IMG/VR virus record: IMGVR_UViG_3300002835_000041
Span: 1 to 64,000 of that record
Reading direction: 5' to 3' (one strand)
Source of the DNA: a virus
DNA: 64,000 nucleotides
Both the position numbers and the translations under genes were made by a program. Positions 8,801 through 18,600 of the stretch are shown piece after piece (position 1 is the stretch's first letter; each line of letters opens with the position of its first letter). The notes beneath the pieces were generated by a model. That model saw nothing but the letters and a program-made list of their open reading frames with translations, made no database searches and was not told where the DNA came from.

Positions 8801-11800
8801 AAGAAAAAAGATTCTCAAAGTACAAAATCATCAGCAAAAACAAAAACACCAGTCCCCCTAGAGGTCCCAAAATTAGTTGATCTTGAAAAGGCAATGGAGC
8901 ACAAAGAAAAACTAAGAGCCGTTGCCATTGAAGCATCTCAAACTACCTATGGTGCAAAGAAGCCAACAAACTTTGGTGTTCAAGAAACACAAAGTTCTGG
9001 CCGAAGCAACTTTATGTCTACTATTGGTGGAGTGTATACAAAGCCAGATGGTTCAAAGGTATTTGTAAAACCAATGCTAAGCGAGTTAGATGCAATAGCA
9101 GAACAAAGAGCCACAAGGATTGCAAGAGATGTTCATGGACTGGTAGCACCAAAACAAAAAATCACAACAATGATTGACCCTACAGACATCGACGAGCCAG
9201 ATGTTAATAAGAAGAGAAAAGTTATTGTATTGGAATCTCCATTTGATCCAAGGTTTGATCCAGACACAATGCCAAAGACATTTACTCCAAGAGAATACGT
9301 AAAGCAACTAGTTGCTTCAAGTCTTCGTGCAGATAAAGATCTAAAGAAGGGCAACCTTGGAGGCAAAGTATTAGCCGATGTAGGAGCAGCAGGTGTATTT
9401 GATAAGGCATCTGGAACAAGATCTTATTCAGCAGGACTGCCATCGATGGAAGATATAGCAATGCACAACCTAAAGGGTGTTCCAGGACCAAATGCTAATG
9501 CATCACCTTTCTGGTTTGGAAATGCTACAGCAGATATTCCTCAAGGGATTAAGTCTGCAGATCAGTATGAAAAAGCAATAACAGATGAGATTAAAAAAAC
9601 GCTTCCAAAATTAAGAAAGACTATAGACAGTTTTAAACTTGCCGATGATGATCCAGCCAAAAAGGTTTATGAGGACATGTACAAGAGACTTGAGGCTGGC
9701 CTAAATGCAAACTGGAAGAAGGTTTATCATTTCCATCGATCAATCTTGGTAAAACCAGACGAAGTACTTCAAGATAAAACTGGCAACATTAAGCCAATCC
9801 CTACTGAACCAAATACTGTAAACTTAAAATCAACTTCTGGGAAAATAGACGATAGCAGGCTTGCTCCAAAAAGCGTAGCCAGCGCAGTTCGTCAAGGACC
9901 TAAAGGAAGAATTGTTGGAAAAGCAGATGCTCCACATATTAATATTTCAGAACAAGATCTTGCTCGCAACCATCCAAGAGGTATAAAGAGACTTGCAGAT
10001 CCAGCAGGGGCAGTTGTTGCTGGAGCAAAAGCATCTATTGCAGAAGCAAAAGCAGTTGGAAGTACAATTGGAACAACATTGTCTCAGTCTGCTGCAGCAG
10101 CATCTAGAACTCTTCTTTATGGAACTGGTCCTATAGATGCAGAAGCAAAGTCAATTCGTCGTAGACTAGAAAAAGAAGCAACCCCTAGATTCCAAAAAGA
10201 AAAGAAATTAAAAGAATCACAAGCAAAAGCAGCAGTTTCAAGAACCACTCTTTACGGATCTGGACCTATCGATGCAGATGCCAAGTCTTTGCGTAGACAA
10301 ATGGAAAAAAGAAGTAGGCTTGCTGAGCGAGTAGCCTACGAACAAAGAGTCATTAGTGAAAAAGCAGCCAAAGCAGCACAGGCACAAATGCCTATGCTTG
10401 GACCAAACAGACCAACACTTTATGATAAAACAGTAGGCACCGCTGCTGCAAAAGTTAGAACTAGCAAGGTTGCCGAAAACCTTAGAGGGTTTAAGGGTGC
10501 AGAAAGTAAGACAGGATATTTACGTGATAAGGTTGCAGGAAGAACACCAGGAGCAGGTATGGGCGGAGCGATGGGTGTCGCTTCTGGTGTAGCAATGATT
10601 GGATCTATGGCCCCAGGAAAAGTTGGAGAAATTTCACAAAAGATAATGATGCCACTTATGGGTATGGCAATGATTATGCCAATGCTTCAAAACAAGTTCT
10701 CAGCACTTGCAGTAGGAGTTGGATTAGTTGTAGCAGCATATGCTTATCAGAGAATGGTATTTGATAAAGCACAAGATGCAGCAATGGAACTTACAGAGGC
10801 TATGGGCTCTGGAACAAAGGCAATTAAGTCACTCTCTGAGTTTTCAACAAAAGTTGGTGCTGGAGAGATTATGGACAGAAGAAGAAAAGAGGCATTCTCT
10901 CCTTTCCAAATTAAAACAGGAAAAACGACATTTGGTCAATCTTTCGTCGCAAGCGAAGGTGGAAAAGCCATGGCAAAAAATGTTACAGAAACTATTAAGG
11001 CTGGCGGAGAAAATGGAAAGGCTATTGCTAAAGATCAGGTTGCTAATCAACTAATGACGGCAGTTGCGTCAGGAGCACTAGATCCAGCCCAAGCAAGATC
11101 TATCGCAGCAAACCTTGGAGAGCAACTTGGAGACTATTCTTTTGGAATCGAAATAAACTCAAAACTTATTTCAATGCTTGGCCCAAATGGAGAAAATATT
11201 CTTAAGGATGGGGTAGAACTTGAGGTAAAACTTTTACAAGACACAAGAGCCAAAATGAATCTTGCATCTACTGCAGCAAGAGATGCTGGAGGCTGGACTG
11301 GTAAGGATGTTGGAAAGAGTGCTGGGTATAGCATTGGAGGAGCAGCAGCAGGAGCAGGCGCAGGTTTTGTTGCTGCAGGTATCGGTGCAGCAGGTGCAGC
11401 AGCAGCAGGTGCAGCCGTAGGCTCTGCGGTACCAGTTGTAGGAACTATTATTGGAGCAGCACTAGGTGCAGGCGTTGGCTACTTCTTGGCAAAGAAAGAT
11501 AGAAATAAAAGAATAGGTGAGGCATCTGGTGCATCTATTGCTATGCAGAAAATTGCTTTACAGCAACAACAAGAATTAAATGACTCTGTAGAACTACGTT
11601 ATCAAAAAGAACTTGAAATTGCTAAGGCTAAAGGTGACCAGGTTGCAATTGATAAACTTACAGAACAATATGAAGAAGATCAACTTTCTTTGCTTGCTGA
11701 AAATGCAGCATTAGTTACTGATATTCAAAATAGTTATGCTAATGCTGAGGGTGCAACCAAGAGTGCATTAATGACAGGAGCAGATAAAGCAATAACAAAG

Positions 11801-14800
11801 CAGTATGCTGGTACTGCATTAGAAGACGTGGCTGTATTAGCAAAATCAAATATAGATAGTTCTGGCGTTTCAAAAGAAATGCAGTATACATTAAAAATGC
11901 AAATGGCAAGTGGACAGATAGATCCAATGCAAATGATTGAAATATTTGATAAATTTGGCAATGACAAGGCTTCAATGGAAGGTGTTGTTTCTATTATTGG
12001 TAAGTTTGGTGGAGCATTTGCAAATGATGTAATGGGAATTGTTAGCATGTTTAAAGATGAAAAACAAGCAGCAGATTTTGTTGCTAGAATTAAAACTAAG
12101 ACTCCTGATGAAGCAAAGAAAGAACTAGAACTATTCCAAAGAATTAGTCAATCTGCAACAGTGGTAGACAAAGATATTTTATTAAACTATTATAACAAAA
12201 ATCCTGATGCAGCAGATGAACTTAAAACAGCCTTTGCAGCAATTGACGATATTAAGGGAAAGGCCACAATTGATATAGTAGCAAAGACAGAGGTTTTTGG
12301 TGCTGAAGAAATGGCATTGCTAAAAGCAGACCAGGAGTACTTTGACAAACTGCCAGCAGAACAACAAAAGGTTTATTTGCAAAACATGAAGGTAATGATG
12401 AGTATGGAAGGCGATCCAGCAATGAAACTAGCCTACCAAAACTGGTTGGCAGAAAAGGGTGCAGATGGAAAAACACCAAATGCTGGAAAGAGTTTTTCAG
12501 ATTACGTTACTTCTAAAACTCAGCAAGTCACAGAAACTTCTACCGACACTTCAAAAACACCACCTGGCGGAGGCGGAGGCGGAGGAAGCAAAGTTCAGTC
12601 TTCACCATTAGACGATCTGGTAAAGAAACTTAGGGATGTAAGAAAGAACCAGATTAAGGTCACAGAGGGCTGGAGTGCCTCTCGTAAGGCTTTAGACGGC
12701 CTATTTGGGGGTAAGAAGACACTTGATGCTTTTAGCGGTATAGAAAATGATTTAAGAAAAATAGGAGGAAGTGAAGATCTTATTTCTCTTATAGTTGGCA
12801 TGGATCCCAAAGAGTATGAGAAGAAGAAGAACTCCTTGTTTAAGTTTGATAATAAGGGTAACATTATTGGATTAAAGAAAGATGCCAAAAATATCCAAGA
12901 GGCTCTAAACTCAGTAGCCATGGGAGACTTTAATTCAAAAACAGAAGCAGAAACTGAGGTCATTAAAGATCAAGCAGTAGCCTTTGCCAAGTTATCTTCC
13001 ATAGGAATTCCAGTTGCAGATGCTTACGCAATGGTTGAAGACGCTGGACTTGCACAGGCGATTGCTATGGAAAAAAATTCAAAATCAGTTGCTACTTTAG
13101 CAAAGAATTATAAGGTATTAACTAAAGCACAACTTGAGGCTGCAGCAGTCAAGGGAGTCAAGACAGATATAGATCAATTTAAAAAAGACAGAATTCAAGA
13201 AAGCAGAATTAGAAACAAATACAGTTCAGCAACTGCCTTTGCAATTGGATCAGATGAAAATCTTAGAGCCCTAGAAGATGCAATAGCAACCAAAGAAAAA
13301 GAAGTAAGTGATCTACGATCAAGAGGCAAATACGATGCAGCCTATGACGCTCAACAATCATTAAATAAGTTAACCAATGACTTTAACACAAGGCTTTCTC
13401 AGTTAAAGAGCACTATTGGTTTTATGCAGGATATGTTTGATAAAGGTTTTAGCAACGCAATGGAGGCTTTTGATGTTCAAGAGACTGCTCTTAATATAAA
13501 GTTTAAATTAGATACAAAGTCACAAGATGATGTAATGAAAAAGGCACAAGAAGAGATTGCATTAATTCAGTATAAGGTTGATGATAAAGAGGCAGCGCTT
13601 AAGGCTATCGAAGATCAAGAACAAAAGATTAACGATAAATATGATGAAAGAATTAAGGCTCTTGATGAAGTTGAAAAAGCAAATGCTGCTATTTCTAATC
13701 AGCAAAGAGGTCAACTAACTCTTGCAGAGGCTTTAACATCTGGAGACATTGCTGCAGCAGCAAGAGCAGCACAAGATATGAGAGCACAGCAGGCTGCTGA
13801 TGCTGTAACAAAACAAAAAGACGCTATAGAGCAATCTAGAGAGTACGAGTTGATGGGTGTAACTGGTCTTGATAAGACTGATGGTAAACTTAAAACTAGA
13901 AAACAACTTGAAAAAGAAATTAAAAATTTGCAAGACGAAATATTTAAAATTGAAGAAGACAGAATTGAACCAGCACAAGAGTTTGTTCGACTGAAACAAC
14001 TGCAGTTAGACAAAGATATTCAAAACCTTACCGTACTTGGAAAGACAAGAGATGCTTGGGAATCAATAAAGAATCAAGTAGACCTTGCTATGATTAATAG
14101 CAAAAAGTTTATAGAATCAATGCAACTTGCTATAGCAACTGTTCCTGATTTAAAGGCAGCATACGCTGCCGAAACAGCAAGTGGAAATGACCCAATTGTA
14201 GGTGCTGCTTATGAACCTACACCAACACCTTCAGCAACCCCAACACCTTCAGCAACCCCAACACCATCGGCGACACCAACTCCTACTCCAACACCTTCTT
14301 CAACACCTAAAGCATCCGCAACACCAACACCAGCACCAAGTGTAAAGCCAAGTGTAAAGCCAAGTGCAACACCAACACCAACAGTAAAGCCAAGTGTAAA
14401 GCCAAGTGCAACACCAACACCAACACCAACAAAAGTTCCTGGATTTGTCTATAACCCAGACCCAAATGGTTTTAAACGTAATGTAACACCAACACCAACG
14501 CCAACTCCAAAACCAAGTTTCTTGGATGCAGATAAAAATGGAATACCAGATCTTATTCAGGCTCCACCAAAGGCAGTAGTTAAACCTATTTTGCCACCAC
14601 TTTTGCCACCTGTAGCCCCTAAGAAAACTCTTGTTCCAGGAACTGGTACCTATGTTGGAAGCATGTTTATTCCTCCACAGTATAAGTCTATGGGAGGACT
14701 AATTAAGTATTTTGCAGGTGGTGGCTTTGCTAAGGGTACAGACACAGTTCCAGCAATGCTTACCCCTGGTGAGTTTGTCATGAGTAAATATGCTGTTGAT

Positions 14801-14995
14801 TCTTACGGGGTAGACAATCTTAAGAAGATAAATAATGGTGATGTAACTAGCGGGACAGTGTATAATAATACATATACATTAACAGTTAATGCTAAGACAG
14901 ATGCTAATCCAAATGAAATTGCACAGGCAGTAATGTCAACAATCAAGCAGGTAGACGACAGAAGAATTAGGGGGATTGGAATAAATGGCAGATAG
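5876..14995 (+). CDS. Tape measure protein (3039 aa) with internal cargo domains
   Basis: N-terminal TP901-type TMP core (AIRFKRVYG, EGANALKSGLASLINPS), long helical and coiled-coil regions, Gly/Ala hydrophobic segments, C-terminal GTDTVPAMLTPGEFV motif. Position after the chaperones. Confidence 0.92.
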   Translation: MADVESNIHVNIDTSDALASLKLLQRQISAFHTQMAKSGTAAAAVAANQAQNLINSINATGQFQASMRSVTSSTEQFTDSLERNKLTSREYFRYTGAATKTFGRLFRTEFDTINKVARERVKDIQTQYIKLGRGANGSLQAIAVRPLTLDMKNLGTQTAIAAQRQQLLNQLLKQGSTNLLNFGKNTQWAGRQLMVGFTVPLAMLGTTASKTFMKLEEQAIRFKRVYGELFTTQEETEQMVKQIQLLAKEYTKYGVAVEDTMKMAADAAAMGKMGADLTAQVAQATRLAVLGGVEQTQALETTISVTNAFGVATEDLAKKIDFLNAVENQTVVSIEDLTIAMPKAGPVVQQLGGQVEDLAFFLTAMKEGGINASEGANALKSGLASLINPSEKASKFLASLGVNIKGIVEGNKGDVKSTVIDFANALDTLDPLNRARAIEQLFGKFQFSRLSTLFQNVIGEGTQAARVLKLTNATTEELAILSERELSKIQNTTTYKFKKSMEDLKVAIAPVGEQFLKALTPIVEFVGKILDKFNNLGDGSKKFLTIFTVAVAGVGPILLMTFGLIANAVANIIKLFAGMKSMYNKTGSASKVLGDQTNYLTKEQLEASAVAASLDQVHTKLKQTFTSEASAVNMLANAYRRAIAAQLGFTGVPAGKSMPKLKYSKGTTSVPGLGNKDTVSADLTPGEAVIPQKSAQDPANRPYIAHMVAGGRIPGLSNAPELTETKDKKQVQMSETHVGGKSEPRLISDIIAAHPEMTDNQRLKLITMQQVLLSQGLPPVTTTKHGLMFDFPLEINKRMYGDGIPKGEFINEWLKDGAGKWHPSGLTPVQAQALDDAFLNAVKESSAKNVNDDLLKKIFEEEIPKKISPNDPGYQRAKTLYVTDFRFNMGQGLGTTPETSAAILEKAKTTIDPATGKPYIADYDIRTRFSESQGKVVTSSGTVTLNPGIYNGFEIKEPTTVNMNRLGAGTTPTFSKKKDSQSTKSSAKTKTPVPLEVPKLVDLEKAMEHKEKLRAVAIEASQTTYGAKKPTNFGVQETQSSGRSNFMSTIGGVYTKPDGSKVFVKPMLSELDAIAEQRATRIARDVHGLVAPKQKITTMIDPTDIDEPDVNKKRKVIVLESPFDPRFDPDTMPKTFTPREYVKQLVASSLRADKDLKKGNLGGKVLADVGAAGVFDKASGTRSYSAGLPSMEDIAMHNLKGVPGPNANASPFWFGNATADIPQGIKSADQYEKAITDEIKKTLPKLRKTIDSFKLADDDPAKKVYEDMYKRLEAGLNANWKKVYHFHRSILVKPDEVLQDKTGNIKPIPTEPNTVNLKSTSGKIDDSRLAPKSVASAVRQGPKGRIVGKADAPHINISEQDLARNHPRGIKRLADPAGAVVAGAKASIAEAKAVGSTIGTTLSQSAAAASRTLLYGTGPIDAEAKSIRRRLEKEATPRFQKEKKLKESQAKAAVSRTTLYGSGPIDADAKSLRRQMEKRSRLAERVAYEQRVISEKAAKAAQAQMPMLGPNRPTLYDKTVGTAAAKVRTSKVAENLRGFKGAESKTGYLRDKVAGRTPGAGMGGAMGVASGVAMIGSMAPGKVGEISQKIMMPLMGMAMIMPMLQNKFSALAVGVGLVVAAYAYQRMVFDKAQDAAMELTEAMGSGTKAIKSLSEFSTKVGAGEIMDRRRKEAFSPFQIKTGKTTFGQSFVASEGGKAMAKNVTETIKAGGENGKAIAKDQVANQLMTAVASGALDPAQARSIAANLGEQLGDYSFGIEINSKLISMLGPNGENILKDGVELEVKLLQDTRAKMNLASTAARDAGGWTGKDVGKSAGYSIGGAAAGAGAGFVAAGIGAAGAAAAGAAVGSAVPVVGTIIGAALGAGVGYFLAKKDRNKRIGEASGASIAMQKIALQQQQELNDSVELRYQKELEIAKAKGDQVAIDKLTEQYEEDQLSLLAENAALVTDIQNSYANAEGATKSALMTGADKAITKQYAGTALEDVAVLAKSNIDSSGVSKEMQYTLKMQMASGQIDPMQMIEIFDKFGNDKASMEGVVSIIGKFGGAFANDVMGIVSMFKDEKQAADFVARIKTKTPDEAKKELELFQRISQSATVVDKDILLNYYNKNPDAADELKTAFAAIDDIKGKATIDIVAKTEVFGAEEMALLKADQEYFDKLPAEQQKVYLQNMKVMMSMEGDPAMKLAYQNWLAEKGADGKTPNAGKSFSDYVTSKTQQVTETSTDTSKTPPGGGGGGGSKVQSSPLDDLVKKLRDVRKNQIKVTEGWSASRKALDGLFGGKKTLDAFSGIENDLRKIGGSEDLISLIVGMDPKEYEKKKNSLFKFDNKGNIIGLKKDAKNIQEALNSVAMGDFNSKTEAETEVIKDQAVAFAKLSSIGIPVADAYAMVEDAGLAQAIAMEKNSKSVATLAKNYKVLTKAQLEAAAVKGVKTDIDQFKKDRIQESRIRNKYSSATAFAIGSDENLRALEDAIATKEKEVSDLRSRGKYDAAYDAQQSLNKLTNDFNTRLSQLKSTIGFMQDMFDKGFSNAMEAFDVQETALNIKFKLDTKSQDDVMKKAQEEIALIQYKVDDKEAALKAIEDQEQKINDKYDERIKALDEVEKANAAISNQQRGQLTLAEALTSGDIAAAARAAQDMRAQQAADAVTKQKDAIEQSREYELMGVTGLDKTDGKLKTRKQLEKEIKNLQDEIFKIEEDRIEPAQEFVRLKQLQLDKDIQNLTVLGKTRDAWESIKNQVDLAMINSKKFIESMQLAIATVPDLKAAYAAETASGNDPIVGAAYEPTPTPSATPTPSATPTPSATPTPTPTPSSTPKASATPTPAPSVKPSVKPSATPTPTVKPSVKPSATPTPTPTKVPGFVYNPDPNGFKRNVTPTPTPTPKPSFLDADKNGIPDLIQAPPKAVVKPILPPLLPPVAPKKTLVPGTGTYVGSMFIPPQYKSMGGLIKYFAGGGFAKGTDTVPAMLTPGEFVMSKYAVDSYGVDNLKKINNGDVTSGTVYNNTYTLTVNAKTDANPNEIAQAVMSTIKQVDDRRIRGIGINGR
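14216..14515 (+). repeat. Pro/Thr-rich tandem repeats in the TMP (TPSATP, PSVK, PT units)
   Basis: Direct nucleotide repeats ACACCTTCAGCAACCCCA and CCAAGTGTAAAG; translation PTPTPSATPTPSATP... Confidence 0.9.
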
Positions 14996-15620
14996 TCCTA
15001 ACCAAAGATTTACCTATATGCAAAGTCGTAAAAAGTATAATAGGCCTAGCGGTATGCTCTGGTCTGAAAATTCTGGAACTATTATAAATAGTTTGCACAT
15101 ACCATACGGGCTAGAGGTCGGTGCTAATCCAACAGATGCAGACCCAAACCTTTTAGATCAGTTTTTAATCTTAACAGACGACAATAGGTCTCCTCTAGAT
15201 TTTTCAGATGAGCGCATTGAAAAGCGGGAAAGAATGATAAATGGCCGAATGAGGTCTTACCACATTGCAGATAAGATGAGATTAAGCACTAGTTGGAGTA
15301 TGATTCCTTCAAGGTCCCATTCTGATCTTCCTAATTTTGATACAACCAATGGAAAATCTTTGGCAAAATCATACACTACAGATGGCGGTGCAGGTGGAGC
15401 AGATATGCTTGAGTGGTACGATGCACACAAGGGTTCTTTTTGGGTGTTCCTTGCATATGATAGAAAAGGAATATACAAAGGTCAAGAAGATCCATATGAT
15501 CACTTACAGCAATACAATCAAATTATAGAAATGTTTATTTCTAGTTTTACTTATTCTGTAGAAAAAAGAGGCCCTAATTTTGATTATTGGAATGTCTCAG
15601 TAACTTTGGACGAAGTATAA
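14985..15620 (+). CDS. Distal tail (Dit-like) / minor tail protein
   Basis: First gene after the TMP; ends WNVSVTLDEV, resembling Dit-type C-termini. Confidence 0.6.
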   Translation: MADSPNQRFTYMQSRKKYNRPSGMLWSENSGTIINSLHIPYGLEVGANPTDADPNLLDQFLILTDDNRSPLDFSDERIEKRERMINGRMRSYHIADKMRLSTSWSMIPSRSHSDLPNFDTTNGKSLAKSYTTDGGAGGADMLEWYDAHKGSFWVFLAYDRKGIYKGQEDPYDHLQQYNQIIEMFISSFTYSVEKRGPNFDYWNVSVTLDEV

Positions 15621-18600
15621 TGTTTGAAGATAAAGACTTACAAAATTTCTTAGAGACATCTCAGACTATAAGAAATAAATCAGTTATAACTGCAGAATGG
15701 AACATGAATATTCCTACCAATATTAAGCATATTGGAAACTACAGGTATCGTCCTACACAGACAGGGTCTGTTTATGCTTCTCTGCCAACAAACTTTGACA
15801 TTAATGATGCTGGTAATTTTTATACTGGTGCAACAGATGCAGATGTTATAGTAGATGGAATGTTTTCCAATAACAATGAACCCACAACTTTTTTAAACAA
15901 AAAAGAAAAATTGCAGACTCTTTATTCTTTAGAAGACTGCTTTAGTCAGTTCAGACCAAGGTCTGGAATTAATAAGGCGGTATTCTTTGAAAACAGAAAA
16001 TTTCATCACCCAAACTTGTTTATGGCTGACAGACCTAGATACTATATGCCAGACAAAAATGATAAATTTAAATACTGGACATCTTATAGAACTGAAGGAA
16101 GGTATAAGTATACATATAGCGATGCTTCCGTTTCTTATGGATTTGATAAAACCTTTATTGACAAAGACGGAAAAGAAAAAAACGGAATAGCAGAAAATCT
16201 TTCTGAATATGGTATTGCGTCCATTGTGCGTGGATCCCAATACTCAATAGAAGATGCTGCTCCTTTTGTTGTATATAAAGAAAAAGTTCCAACCAATAGG
16301 GTTGTAGTTAAAATGCAAACTCACGTAGGCACAGAAAATTTAGGACCGTTTTCATCACCCACTGGATCAATAGCAGATGCATTTTTTGGAGAACTAAATC
16401 AGCAAACCCCCAGTAAGTGGAAAATACAATTTCTTAGAGAAGGAAATTGGGAAACTGTAATATCATTTGATCCAGCGCTAAGAAGAAGAGATGGTTCACC
16501 AATAATTAAGAGTGATGGATACGTAGAAATTGCCTATGGGCTAATAATCCCCGATGAGTGGAGATCTACTTTTGTCTTTGCAGAAACATATTCAAGCATA
16601 GACTTGCGCCCAGAGAAATCTGTTGTTGGATATGCATATCTAATTAAGCCAAATGATAATGATTTGGGAACTTTTCATATTTGGAATGGTGATTCCTATA
16701 CAGTTTTAACACCAAAGTATGGTTGGTACATACAAGATGAAACAGTTGACAGGCTAACAAATTTTGTTACTGATGCTACTTCTCCAGATGCTTTTTTAAA
16801 AACTTTAGATAAAAAAATACAGTACAGAGAGTTTGAATATATTAATGGAATTAGAATTGTTGTGGACGCAATGAACAAAAAAGATTCAACCTTTGACCTT
16901 ATTGAAATTTCTCCAAGACTTGCTATGAATATTTCTGATAAAACTATAGACTATTCTATAAATAAAAGCGCATCAGACTTAGGAGTTTCTGGTTTGCCAG
17001 TTGGACAACTAATAGCGTCTAATGGAAATATAACTATTTTTGATCATGACCAGGCTTTTAACCCTAACAATAACAACAGCGTTATTTCTAAATATATTGC
17101 AAGACATATACAGTTTAAGTTTTATGAAGTAATTGTCGATGTCGACGGGTGGGACTACTATGTTCCAATTAAAACATTATATTCTGATGCTTTTCCAAAG
17201 CAAGACTTGATGACAAAGCGTGTATCTATAGGTTTGAGAGACCTTTACTGGTACCTTGAATCAATGGCTGCTCCAGAGATTTTAATGACAGAAGTTTCTG
17301 TTAGTTCAGCAGTGTCATTGCTTTTAGATAACATTGGGTTTTCAAATTATACATTTAAAAGAGTTGCAAATGAAAAAGAAATAATTATTCCATATTTTTT
17401 TGTTGCACCAGATACCAGTGTTGCCCAAGTACTTCAAGACTTGGCAGTATCAACACAGACAGCAATGTTCTTTGACGAGTATAACAATTTTGTAATGATG
17501 AGCAAAAACTATATAATGCCTACTGCAACAGAAAGACCAACAACCTTTGCTTTAAAGGGGACTAAAGATTTTATACAAGATGGAGAGATAAGAAATAAAA
17601 CAAATAAGCCAAAGTTAGCAAACGTAATTTCTGTTTCAACCCAGGAAAATTCGGTATATAATGATGGATCTATTAACTACAGCACAAGATACATACAAAG
17701 GTCTATAGGCTCACTAAGACAGGCAAGCCTTGTTGATGATGAAAGATATTATACATATAAGCCAGCACTCCTTTGGGAGGTTTCTGGAACTCAAAATACA
17801 AAATCTATTAACAATGAGGTTGGAACACAGTCTGCTTATGTACTTAGTGCAATACCACTTAACTCAGATCTAACAGCAGAAGTTCCAGTAGTTAAAAATA
17901 ATGTTGTAATAAATAACACCTTTAGTTTAGGAGAGGCAGCATATTGGATTACAAGATATAACGGATATTTTTATTCACAAGGCGAGATCATAAAGTATGA
18001 TGCTGTGCAGTATAATGTTGCTGGAGTAGGAAATGTGTGGATAACCTCTACAGAAGATTATCAAAACTATTTTTCAAAACTTCCTTTTAATGGAAAGATA
18101 TATCCTACTGGTCTTGTAAGAATATACTCTGAGCCAAAGTATTTTGAAAAAGACGGAGTTGTTAAATTACAAAATGGAGATGTTAAAAAGCATGGTCGTG
18201 GTCAATTTGGTACCACTATTGTTGCTCATAGTTCTGGCATAGCAGATTACTGGAAACTAGATGACAATGTTAAAGGTTGTTATATGTTATCTGAGTATTT
18301 ATTTCAAAAAGACTTGACGCTACCAACCACTACTGTCGCTACATCTGGTAAGTTAACTGATGCTGGAGTGTCCTCTGACGCTCTTTCAAGAACTTCGTCT
18401 AGAAGTGGTATTATTAAAAACTTTATGTCAACATCTTTCCTTGGAGAGATAAGCACAGCAACAACTGTTCAAAAGGGAACTCTACAGTCATCAGCCCTTT
18501 CACTTACTGGTCCAAATTTTACTACCAAAGAAAAACCAAGAAACTTTATATCATATGTTCACAAATCTTTAGAAGATAGTAAATACAAACACTTTGGAAC

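Noticed and set aside
6019-14013. Numerous 60-120 aa alternative-frame ORFs within the TMP and other long genes
   Set aside because: No SD or promoter and no recognisable motifs; expected by chance opposite strongly biased coding sequence.
14858-14866. GTGTATAAT inside the TMP 3' end as a promoter for the Dit-like gene
   Set aside because: It also encodes V-Y-N and has no clear -35 or diagnostic spacing; it cannot be distinguished from chance without TSS data.
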